Part shown: piece by piece, positions 38,488 to 47,415 of the stretch | How positions within the stretch are numbered: the first letter of the stretch is position 1 | Layout: each line of letters starts with the position of its first letter | Assembly: GCA_963837505.1 (NCBI GenBank) | Contig: CAWINN010000006.1 | Coordinates: forward strand, 30,826-94,825 | Length of the DNA: 64,000 nucleotides | Direction: 5' to 3' | Source: an uncultured Saprospiraceae bacterium | Lineage (GTDB): Bacteria; Bacteroidota; Bacteroidia; Chitinophagales; Saprospiraceae | Program-made: the position numbers and the translations under genes | Notes under the pieces: generated by a model | Told to the model about the DNA's origin: nothing | Seen by the model: only the letters and a program-made list of their open reading frames with translations | Database searches by the model: none

Positions 38488-40936
38488 TCATTGGACAGAC
38501 AGGGTGATTTTTTGTTCAATCAGGCCGGGGGAGGTTGCTTTGACTTCGATATTTCCTGGTGTGTAAGATGCACGAAGGATCAGCATCGCTTCTCCGTAAA
38601 AGGTCTTTATGTGATCGCTTTGAAAGGATTCCATGGCTTGTGGATTTCCGTTGCCGACACCGGCGATCGATCCTGCGCCTGAAATCTCCAGGCGGATATC
38701 ATTATCCGCAGCGGGACATACATTACCGTCTTCATCGGTCACTTGAATAGTTACATAAGACAAATCAAGTCCATCGGCATGAATGGTTTTCCGGTCCGTC
38801 ATAAGCTTAATCGCATATGGCTTACCTGTCGTGACTATTTTTTCCTCTCCTATTTTCACCCCCTCTTTGTACGCCACTGCTTTCAATTCACCGGGTTGAT
38901 AAGTCACATCGTTCCATCTCAGGCGAAATCGTTCTGTGGATTTTGGTGAGTCCGGAACTTTACATTTTGTCCCCAATGATTTTCCATTCAGAAAAAGTTC
39001 AGCACAATCTCCGCTGGTGTACACAAACACGGGAATGGTTTTTCCTTCCATACCCGGCCAGGTCCAATGTGGTAAAATATGAATGGTCGTGTCCTGTTGA
39101 TCCCAATAACTTTTATAGAGATAATAGCGATCCTTGGGCAAGCCGACCAGATCGAAGATGCCGAAGTAGGAACTTACGGAAGCTTCTTTATCTGTCATTC
39201 CCATTCGCCTGACGACCTGCATTATCGTAAGGCGTAGGTTCGCCGAGATAATCAAAACCTGTCCAGACAAATTCACCGGCGACATAATTTTCTTCCTGCT
39301 GCCACATGAAATCATCATCCGGAATCTCTGCCCAATCCGGTGCATTCAGATCGTAGGAACTGACTTGCAACGATGTCGTAAAATCGGTTTTCTTCTCAGG
39401 GAGGGGCCATTCATAAAATCCTCTTGTGCTCACCGTCGATGCGGATTCTGAGATGATCACTGCCTTATTGGGTTCCAATTGACGGGCGAGATCATAGCGG
39501 CGTCCATAATTCCAGCTATGCACATCGTAATAATCAAAGTGACGGAGAGCGGCACTGTTACGACTATCACAAACTAAAGTGACCGGACGGGACATGTCAT
39601 AGTGTCGAACCGCATTGACCATCGTCCGGAGTTTTTCAAAGCCACCATTTTTATTCCATTGCACATCCCCGATTTCATTGCCGACGCTCCAGAGAAAAAT
39701 GCAGGGATGATTGCGATCGCGCATGACAAAATTCCGAACATTTCGATTCGAGAAGGATTCGAAACCGGTAGTATCCAAAATGTCTGCTTTACGATCGTAT
39801 TTATCAAAAATCTCATCCAGTACGAGGATACCCATTTTATCACACAGCTCCAGCAGTTCGGGCGCGGGACAGTTGTGGCTGGTCCGGATGGCATTGCATC
39901 CCATGGATTGTAACAACTCCAGCTGGCGTTGCATGGCGCGGGGATAAAATGCTGCGCCCAGTGGACCCTGATCGTGGTGAAGACATACGCCTTTCAGTTG
40001 CACGCGGTGGTCGTTGAGATAAAAACCGTCATCGGAGGTGAATCGAATCGACCTTACGCCGAAAGGAGTCGAATACTCATCCAGCACCACATCATTCTTT
40101 CGCACGAAGGTTTTCAACGTGTACATCACCCCGTGATTGATTTCCCATCGGTCGGGATTTGTGAGGGTGATCGTGCCTTCAAAATTTTTAGCAGCATTTG
40201 CGGAAAGGCTTCCTTTACTACTAATGGAAGAAACCATATTTCCATTTGGGCTATATATACTTTGTTCAATTTCTATATCCTCCGCTACTGCGGCAGATTG
40301 ATTAACAATCGTGGTAATGAAGTTTACGCTGGCATAGTTTGGTTTAATAACAGGCGTCGTGACTTGTGTACCCCAGATATCCACATGAACCGGATTGACG
40401 GCGATCAATTGGACCTTGCGATATATGCCGGCTCCGGGGTACCATCGGCTGTCATGTTGACGTGTATCCGCGTGGATGGCGAAAACATTTTTATCCTTCC
40501 CTTTGACCTGGTCGGTGATATCGATATAAAAGGAATTATAGCCGTAGTCCCATTTTCCCGTGAGTACTTCGTTTACATATACTTGTGGGAAAGCCATGAC
40601 GCCATCGAAAAGAAGAAAGATTCGTTTCCCCTGCATGGAAGGCGGCATGGTCCAGGTGTACCGGTACCAGCCTTCCCCTTTCCAGGGAAGTTTCGCGGTA
40701 TTGCCATCGCCATCGGGATCAAACGGGCCGGTGATGGCCCAGTCGTGAGGAATCGAAATGGATTGCCAGTCGGATTCATCGCAATTGATGCTGGCTGCAT
40801 TTTCATTGGGGCCTGAATAAAATTTCCATCCAGTAGTCAGGGTTTGTATTTCCCGTGGTTGCGCACGAAGGGGAAATGAAATGCAGGTACAACTTATCCA
40901 AAAGGCAAGCACCATATTTCGAAGGAAAAAAGTCAT
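38488..40936 (-). pseudogene. Glycoside hydrolase family 2 (beta-galactosidase-like), split by a 1-nt frameshift near 39195-39215
   Basis: ORF 39188..40936 carries the signal peptide, sugar-binding and TIM-barrel parts (NAIRTSHNCPAPE, NHPCIFLWSVGNEIG, GEFVWTGFDYLGEPTPY). ORF 38488..39345 continues in another frame with SSYFGIFDLVGLPKDRYYLYKSYW and the Ig-like C-terminal domains. Confidence 0.8.
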
Positions 40937-41127
40937 GTACGGCAGGATTAGGATGCCTAAGGTAGAAAATCAGGCAGAAGATTTGATTTTCCAAAAATGT
41001 GGCTGGAAAAGCTTCAGCCTTTTACCATGTTCGTTTTGACTTTGCCAGAAAGGATTTCGCCTTTCAGGTAAACTCAGCGAATTAAGAAAGAACACTATTG
41101 GTATAGTTTCACATAAAAGATATTCTT

Positions 41128-42564
41128 TTATTGGAAAATGATCTTACCTCTTCCTCTAACATGGTCATCATATAGTAATTTGAAAAAATAAATACCACTC
41201 AACAGATCTCCTCGATCCACGCGAAAAGAATGGGAGTCCTGGCTATCCATATTCCGAATCCACTTACCATCAATGCTGTATAACAGTAAAGTGAATTTCG
41301 AAGAAATTAAATCCCCAACTTCAACTATGGCATACTCCGTGGCCGGATTTGGAAAAACATTGGGTATCATTTCCTTTAGCGACAAAGAAGAAGATAGAAT
41401 TTTGCCAAAAGGATCAATCTTAACCAGGTACATATCCGAAGTAAACCCATTGAGCGTGTCGTAAGTAGCAGATCCCAATAAAGCATATCCGCCATCTGTA
41501 GTCTGGCAAACGGAAGTTGCATCATTCAGGTATCCTTCCCGAAAGGAAGCCTCCCATTCCATACTTCCCTCATTGTCAGTTTTCAGGCAATACATATCTG
41601 TTGGTTGCGAATTGCCATTACTCCTACTTCCAGCTAAAATAAATCCTTCGTCGGATGTCATCTCAATAGCATATCCGGATTCCCGGTTATCATCTCCATA
41701 ATATTTATGCCATAGTTCATCACCATTGGAGTCAGTTCTGACTAAATACATATCGCCATCACTTGTTTCTTCATCTCCAAAAAGTATAAATCCGCCATCC
41801 GGGGTCACATCGAAAGATCTGCCGGTTTCAGGAAGATCAGTGCCATAGGTTTTAGTCCAGAGTGTATCTCCATCCCTATCTAATCGCAGCAAATACATAT
41901 CGGTATTTCCATGACCCCTGCTGTTGGTCTCCCCCAGAACCGCATATCCGTCATCCGCCAATTGTTGTACACAAACTCCCTCCTCCCTTCCATTACCGCC
42001 AAATGTCTTTTCCCATTGTTTATCACCATTAGCGTTCGTTTTCAAAAGAAATACATCCTCCACAAAACTTCCCCCGGAATATCCAGTTACAATAAAGCCT
42101 TCATCATTGGTCTGCTGAACAAAACGTCCTACGTTTCTGAATATCGAGCCCCTATATCTATTATTCCATATTTCATTACCTGAAGCATCTGTCTTAATTA
42201 AGGTAAGGGAATCATTTCCCAGCCCTCCAAAGGCCCCGGAAAGAATAAATCCCCCATCGGTGGTCTGTTCCACAGAACCGGCCACTTCATAAGCCACACT
42301 CCCGTAAGTTTTCTCCCATTCCGTATTACCTAAAGAATCTGTTTTGATAAGATACATGTCCCAGCCTCCCTGCCCATAACTTTCAGTCAAGCCGAACAAA
42401 ATATACCCTCCGTCGAGAGTCTGCTGAATAGAATTCCCAAAATCATTTTTGGGGCCACCAAATGTTTTTTCAAAAGTGATTTGTCCGAAGAGATTGAAAA
42501 CCGTAAAAGAGGAGAGTAATTGAATAATAAAAATAGTTACAACGGTGAAATAAGAACGATTCAT
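41128..42564 (-). CDS. Secreted repeat protein (about 7-8 beta-propeller-like repeats) with T9SS C-terminal sorting domain
   Basis: Preferred ATG at 42564 gives MNRSYFTVVTIFIIQLLSSF. Repeat pattern DGGYIL.G.T.S.G.G..DMYL.KTD..G...W.KTYG. C-terminal VFPNPATEYAIV...GIYFFKL tail. Confidence 0.75.
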   Translation of the reverse strand: MNRSYFTVVTIFIIQLLSSFTVFNLFGQITFEKTFGGPKNDFGNSIQQTLDGGYILFGLTESYGQGGWDMYLIKTDSLGNTEWEKTYGSVAYEVAGSVEQTTDGGFILSGAFGGLGNDSLTLIKTDASGNEIWNNRYRGSIFRNVGRFVQQTNDEGFIVTGYSGGSFVEDVFLLKTNANGDKQWEKTFGGNGREEGVCVQQLADDGYAVLGETNSRGHGNTDMYLLRLDRDGDTLWTKTYGTDLPETGRSFDVTPDGGFILFGDEETSDGDMYLVRTDSNGDELWHKYYGDDNRESGYAIEMTSDEGFILAGSRSNGNSQPTDMYCLKTDNEGSMEWEASFREGYLNDATSVCQTTDGGYALLGSATYDTLNGFTSDMYLVKIDPFGKILSSSLSLKEMIPNVFPNPATEYAIVEVGDLISSKFTLLLYSIDGKWIRNMDSQDSHSFRVDRGDLLSGIYFFKLLYDDHVRGRGKIIFQ

Positions 42565-42647
42565 AGCTACATTATTTAATTGGAAAGATAGATGATCAAA
42601 GTAAAAAGAAAAATTCCGCATCGGTGTTGCCAACCACTGTCCGCCTT

Positions 42648-43370
42648 TTACTTCGGCATTGAAGGACGCACTTCAATTTTACTTGGCAGGGTGCGCGGGT
42701 TCATCTTCAACAAATCAATGACGATCTGGCCGATATCTTCCGGTTGTATTTTCCAGTCATCTTCAGTGGAAGGAATATGATGATTGAAATGAGTGGCTAC
42801 TGATCCTGGCATGATGGTGCTCACTTTGATGCCATATTTACGGAGATCGAGCATAGCGGCCTGTGTAAAACCTACGAGACCAAATTTACTGGCGTTATAA
42901 GCGGCTCCATTGGCAAAGAAATTAGTTCCGGCGAGACTGGCTATGGTGATGAAATATCCTTTGCTTTGTTTAAGTGCCTCAATGGAGGCTTGCAACGAAT
43001 AGAAAACGCCAGTGAGATTGGTATCGATGATCTCATGCCATTGATCGTGGGGTATGGTTTCGATGGGGCCGAAGTAGCCAACGCCGGCATTGGCAATCAC
43101 GACGTCAAGCGATTTCCATTGCTCTGTAATGTTTGCCACGGCTTTCTGCTGTGCAGCAAAGTCACGTGCATCTGCCTCTATTGCAAGAGCATCAGGTGCT
43201 CCAAGCTTTTGCAATTCATCGGCAGCCTGTTGAGCGTCGGCCAGATGGCGGCTGGTAATGGCCACTTTCATATGCTCTGCGGCCATGGCTTTGGCAATGC
43301 CAAGACCGATGCCTTTGGAACCTCCGGTGATTAATGCAGTCTTTTGTTGAAGTGGAAGAAGTGTGCTCAT
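42648..43370 (-). CDS. Short-chain dehydrogenase/reductase (SDR) family oxidoreductase
   Basis: TGGSKGIGLGIA cofactor motif, NAG motif (IANAGVG) and catalytic YNASK. Confidence 0.85.
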   Translation of the reverse strand: MSTLLPLQQKTALITGGSKGIGLGIAKAMAAEHMKVAITSRHLADAQQAADELQKLGAPDALAIEADARDFAAQQKAVANITEQWKSLDVVIANAGVGYFGPIETIPHDQWHEIIDTNLTGVFYSLQASIEALKQSKGYFITIASLAGTNFFANGAAYNASKFGLVGFTQAAMLDLRKYGIKVSTIMPGSVATHFNHHIPSTEDDWKIQPEDIGQIVIDLLKMNPRTLPSKIEVRPSMPK

Positions 43371-43400
43371 AGGGGTGAAATTAGGGAGAAAGGAGCAGAG

Positions 43401-43455
43401 AGTATGAGAGGTATGAGCGGTATGAGCGGTATGAGCGGTATCAGCAGTATGAGAG
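43401..43455. repeat. Nonanucleotide tandem array (GGTATGAGC)n
   Basis: Direct reading. It begins about 30 nt upstream of the SDR start codon. Confidence 0.85.
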
Positions 43456-43529
43456 GGACGAGAGGAAGTCAGGATTATTATACAATTAGCAGCTGTTGAG
43501 AAAGAATTGAGTGTTCGTCAATCGTCAAT

Positions 43530-44380
43530 CGCGGTTGCTGAACTGTAGCACAAGGTTGAGCATAAGCAGGTCGATGCATTGACGCTTATGGAAAAAGAGT
43601 TGGCCTCTTTGCTTGCGGAAAACTCACCCCCATCCCCTCTCTTTAAATTTTGACTTTCGGAACGGAAAAGTTTTTCGCAGAAGAGAGGGGAGTCATATCT
43701 CCCCCTCTATTTTGGCACATCAATTCGCATTTCTGCACATTCATTTCGAAAAGAGAGGGGGGCGGGGGGTGAGTTAATACAGGCCGCTGATTTTCGCCAT
43801 GTTGCTGAACTGTAGCACAAGGTTGAGCATAAGCAGGTCGATGCATTGACGCTTATGGAAAAAGAGTTGGCCTCTTTGCTTGCGGAAAACTCACCCCCAT
43901 CCCCTCTCTTTAAATTTTGACTTTCGGAACGGAAAAGTTTTTCGCAGAAGAGAGGGGAGTCATATCTCCCCCTCTATTTTGGCACATCAATTCGCATTTC
44001 TGCACATTCATTTCGAAAAGAGAGGGGGGCGGGGGGTGAGTTAATACAGGCCGCTGATTTTCGCCATGTTGCTGAACTGTAGCACAAGGTTGAGCATAAG
44101 CAGGTCGAAGCATTGACGCTTATGGAAAAAGAGTTGGCCTCTTTGCTTGCGGAAAACTCACCCCCATCCCCTCTCTTTAAATTTTGACTTTCGGAACGGA
44201 AAAGTTTTTCGCAGAAGAGAGGGGAGTCATATCTCCCCCTCTATTTTGGCACATCAATTCGCATTTCTGCACATTCATTTCGAAAAGAGAGGGGGGCGGG
44301 GGGTGAGTTAATACAGGCCGCTGATTTTCGCCATGTTGCTGAACTGTAGCACAAGGTTGAGCATAAGCAGGTCGATGCAT
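43530..44380. repeat. 267-bp tandem repeat, 3 near-identical copies plus a terminal partial copy; noncoding
   Basis: Identical 67-aa artefact ORFs at 43643, 43910 and 44177 show an exact 267-nt period. Each unit is the ~46-50-nt conserved element plus a ~155-nt segment bounded by ~24-nt inverted repeats (AACTCACCCCCATCCCCTCTCTTT ... AAAGAGAGGGGGGCGGGGGGTGAGTT) with a central 11-bp hairpin. Confidence 0.9.
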
Positions 44381-44479
44381 GAATCGTGAATTGTGAGTGT
44401 TCGTGAGGCGTGAATCGTGAGGCATGAAACGAAGTCCGAACTTAGCCTTTTGTCCGCCTGTTAAAAAAAACAGAAAAAA

Positions 44480-44925
44480 CGGTAACATTTAGGAATCTCG
44501 GGACACTTACACCTGGCAGGGGTTTTCGACGAAATCTAAACGATAAAGCGTAAGGTCCTCCTTATGTCCCGTCCTGAACTTGAAAAGTCCTTAATATCGG
44601 TGTTTGGCAACCGCCTTTGGTCTTACCTCTCCCTGGTCCTGAAAAAATAATGCCGAATAAACGGTAACATTTCGGTATCTCAAGACACTTACATGTGGCA
44701 GGGGTTTTCTACGAAATCTAAACGATAAAGCGTAAGGTCCTCCTTATGTCCCGTCCTGAGCTTGAAAAGTCCTTAATATCGGTGATTGGCAACCGCCTTT
44801 GGTCTTACCTCTCCCTGGTCCTGAAAAAATAATGCCGAATAAACGGTAACATTTCGGCATCTCAAGACACTTACACCTCGCAGGGGTTTTCGACGAAATC
44901 TAAACGATAAAGCGTAAGGTCCTCC
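44480..44925. repeat. 182-bp tandem repeat, about 2.5 copies; noncoding, directly upstream of gene 45021
   Basis: CGGTAACATTT recurs at 44480, 44662 and 44844, an exact 182-nt period. The copies differ by scattered point substitutions. The third copy diverges after GTAAGGTCCTCC into the upstream region of the lipocalin-like gene. Confidence 0.9.
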
Positions 44926-45020
44926 GTATACCTGCTCGTCAGCTATAACCTCCTCCATCACGGGTCTTTAGTCCCTCGTCACCATCAAATTGCTTAATTT
45001 GAGCGCACAATCCACCGATT

Positions 45021-45389
45021 ATGCTGAATTCCCGAATTGCCACATTGACTATTTTTACATTCCTTTTCCTGGTCTCGTGTGATGACGACAAACAAAATAA
45101 ACTCATCGTCGGTCACTGGACAGGCGTAGAGTGGCTGGAGGAAGGCGCCCCCTCCATTTACACTCCTGCAGATGCCTCGTTTCAATTTGATTCCACCGGC
45201 AACTATGGCTTCACTTATGCCGGGAATACCGAAAATGGAAAGTATTATGTAAGGAACCATCAATTATTCACTACGCCGGAAGGGGGTATCAAAATGATGG
45301 TCAAGGTGATCAAACTGGATCAGGATACGTTGCGGTTTGATATGAATCGCGGAGGGAAAGCAGAACGGTTAACGCTTATAAAAAAATAG
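45021..45389 (+). CDS. Lipocalin-like lipoprotein
   Basis: Lipobox FLFLVSCDDD. LIVGHWTGVEW...GKYYV.NHQLF...MVKVIKLDQDTLRF matches the lipocalin-like domain pattern. It is distantly similar to 3481..3912. Confidence 0.7.
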   Translation: MLNSRIATLTIFTFLFLVSCDDDKQNKLIVGHWTGVEWLEEGAPSIYTPADASFQFDSTGNYGFTYAGNTENGKYYVRNHQLFTTPEGGIKMMVKVIKLDQDTLRFDMNRGGKAERLTLIKK

Positions 45390-45628
45390 GAGCAAGGGGA
45401 AATGGATGAAGAAAAAATTATTTTTTTCTTCAGGCCTGAAAGGCCAGCATCAATTGGATTGCGTGTAGATCAATGCAGAACTTGTGAGAAGATGATATCG
45501 TGGATCAATTTCATGAAAGTTTTTTGGGCAGCAGAAAAAAGGAGTTGGTATCTGGAAAAAAGAAAATCATTCTAAAATTTCAAGCAGGAAAGAATAACCT
45601 ATTTAGCCACTAATCATCTCCAGCACTC

Positions 45629-47302
45629 ATGAAGAATAAAGACTTTTTTCTTGCCCTTCTTCTTCTTGCCACTTGTATCAATTTTTCGCACGCAAAATTA
45701 ATTTCTGCAACACCAGCCGATTACACCTCCTTTATCAGCGGACTTAAGCCCGATGATACGTTGTTCCTGGCTGCCGGCGATTATATGAACAGGCTCAATC
45801 TCAACAATCTGAGCGGTACTGCCGGTCACCCGATCGTGATCATGGGCAGCGGAAATTCCACAATATTCTTTGCCAATGCCTGTTGCAATACGGTTGACAT
45901 GACGAATGTTGCTTACATCGTTCTCCGGGATTTCATGATCGACGGCCAGGACATCAATTATGTCGATGGCGTAAAAGCCAGTGGCGGAGGAAACAAATAT
46001 GCTCACCACATCACGTTAGAAAATGTAGTGATCGTCCATAATGGCGGTAATATCATAGGCGATAATCAAACCGATGGCATCAGCACGAAATGCGCGGCCT
46101 GGAACTGGATCATCCGTGGATGCACCATCATTGCTGCCGGCACCGGAATCTATCTCGGCAATTCGGATGGCACCTCGCCTTTTGTCAGCGGACTCATTGA
46201 AAACAACCTGGTCATCAATACCCGCGGATACAACATGCAGATCAAAGCTCAAAATGATAACGTCCGCCAATTATTTCCGGAAACGTCAACTGATTCCCAA
46301 ACCACTATCATCCGTTATAATGTGTGGAGCAAAGACACCGGCGCTACACCTATTGGTGTGGGAGACGGATCCCGACCTTGCCTGTTGATGGATAATTTCC
46401 CTTCCACCGGGTATGGTTCGCATGATCACTATGAAGTGTATGGCAATTTCTTTTACAACAATCCAACCGAAGCCTTGATGCAAGTCACCGGAAATACTAC
46501 AGCCTACAGCAATGTATTTGTCAATCAAGTTGCCCCGAACGGATATCCTGCTGTGGTCATGAACAGCCACAATGGATTTCCGCCTCGTGAAATGAATATG
46601 TTTCACAATACGGTGCTGACTAATTCGGATGATGCAGGCATAGGGCTCTACGGAGCGAATGTTAACTATGATCAATATTGTTATGCCAATGCGGTATTTA
46701 GCCATGGAACCCCGATCGTTGGATTTAAGGTTGCCAATACCGTAGATAACATTACAGACAATTATACCAATGCCGATCAGTATGTTCATTCGCCCTCCAC
46801 TACCCTTTCGTTGCTGGATCTTTATCCGTTAGCCGGCCAATTGCAGGGATCATTGACAAGCGATGCGTTATTTACCAGGTATACCGATTATGATATCGAT
46901 TTCAATGGTCATGTATATGACGGCACATTTCGAGGTGCGTATTCAGGTGATGGAGTGAATCCGGGCTGGCCACTGCAATTGGATATCCGTCCGTCGCCGC
47001 CACAGGATACGATCACCGGAATAGAGAATAATCCCGGGCACCCTGATTTTGCCGGGGTGATCTACCCAAACCCGACAAACAATAGCTTTCAGGTAACTGT
47101 ATACGCTGACCGGAATACAACATTAATGGCCACCTTATTGGACCTGGAGGGAAATATTATAAAGTCCTTATTCAGTGGAGAAATTAATTCAGGTAACCCT
47201 ACATTTACAGCAGTGATTAACGGACTGCCATCAGGATTTTACCTCGTAAAATTGCAAATGGAGGGCAGCGTGGTTATTACAAAGGTTTTGATTCAATATT
47301 GA
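45629..47302 (+). CDS. Secreted right-handed parallel beta-helix protein with T9SS C-terminal sorting domain
   Basis: Signal peptide. Repetitive Asn/Gly-rich beta-helix rungs (ITLENVVIVHNGGN, IRGCTIIAAGTGIYLGN, LIENNLVINTRGYN). C-terminal IYPNPTNNSFQV...GFYLVKL tail. Confidence 0.75.
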   Translation: MKNKDFFLALLLLATCINFSHAKLISATPADYTSFISGLKPDDTLFLAAGDYMNRLNLNNLSGTAGHPIVIMGSGNSTIFFANACCNTVDMTNVAYIVLRDFMIDGQDINYVDGVKASGGGNKYAHHITLENVVIVHNGGNIIGDNQTDGISTKCAAWNWIIRGCTIIAAGTGIYLGNSDGTSPFVSGLIENNLVINTRGYNMQIKAQNDNVRQLFPETSTDSQTTIIRYNVWSKDTGATPIGVGDGSRPCLLMDNFPSTGYGSHDHYEVYGNFFYNNPTEALMQVTGNTTAYSNVFVNQVAPNGYPAVVMNSHNGFPPREMNMFHNTVLTNSDDAGIGLYGANVNYDQYCYANAVFSHGTPIVGFKVANTVDNITDNYTNADQYVHSPSTTLSLLDLYPLAGQLQGSLTSDALFTRYTDYDIDFNGHVYDGTFRGAYSGDGVNPGWPLQLDIRPSPPQDTITGIENNPGHPDFAGVIYPNPTNNSFQVTVYADRNTTLMATLLDLEGNIIKSLFSGEINSGNPTFTAVINGLPSGFYLVKLQMEGSVVITKVLIQY

Positions 47303-47415
47303 AGACCCTTCGCATGTTGCATATATTTTTTTATACCCTGACTGAAAGAGTTGTCCATCCAATAGCTTTACTTGCCAGGAGGTTTTTTGCATTGCCTCCA
47401 CGAATCACTTTGAAG

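Noticed and set aside
38165-38682. ORFs reading IPKDKRLIPKDKRMIPKG and similar over the hairpin array
   Set aside because: They are translations of the tandem GATCCCTTCGGGATC-type hairpins and hexamer repeats. The only part I retain is the ATG at 38290 as the probable original start of the frameshifted gene.
39929-40816. 295-aa plus-strand ORF
   Set aside because: It is antisense to the GH2 gene, which has unmistakable family motifs, and it has no recognisable features of its own.
43643-44488. Three identical 67-aa ORFs (M.RPAYAQPCATVQQHGENQRPVLTHPPPPSLFEMNVQKCELMCQNRGGDMTPLSSAKNFSVPKVKI)
   Set aside because: Their identity is a by-product of the 267-bp DNA repeat. They run through the 50-nt element, which elsewhere sits in noncoding heptamer arrays in both orientations. 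Their composition is unlike that of a real protein, and they span inverted repeats.
43530-44925. Possible CRISPR array (regularly spaced repeats)
   Set aside because: Whole units of 267 and 182 nt are repeated, including what would be the spacer. There are no unique spacers, no 25-40-nt repeat/spacer alternation and no cas genes in the window. The same reasoning applies to the 29-bp array at 1772-1930 and the array at 51.8-52.5 kb.
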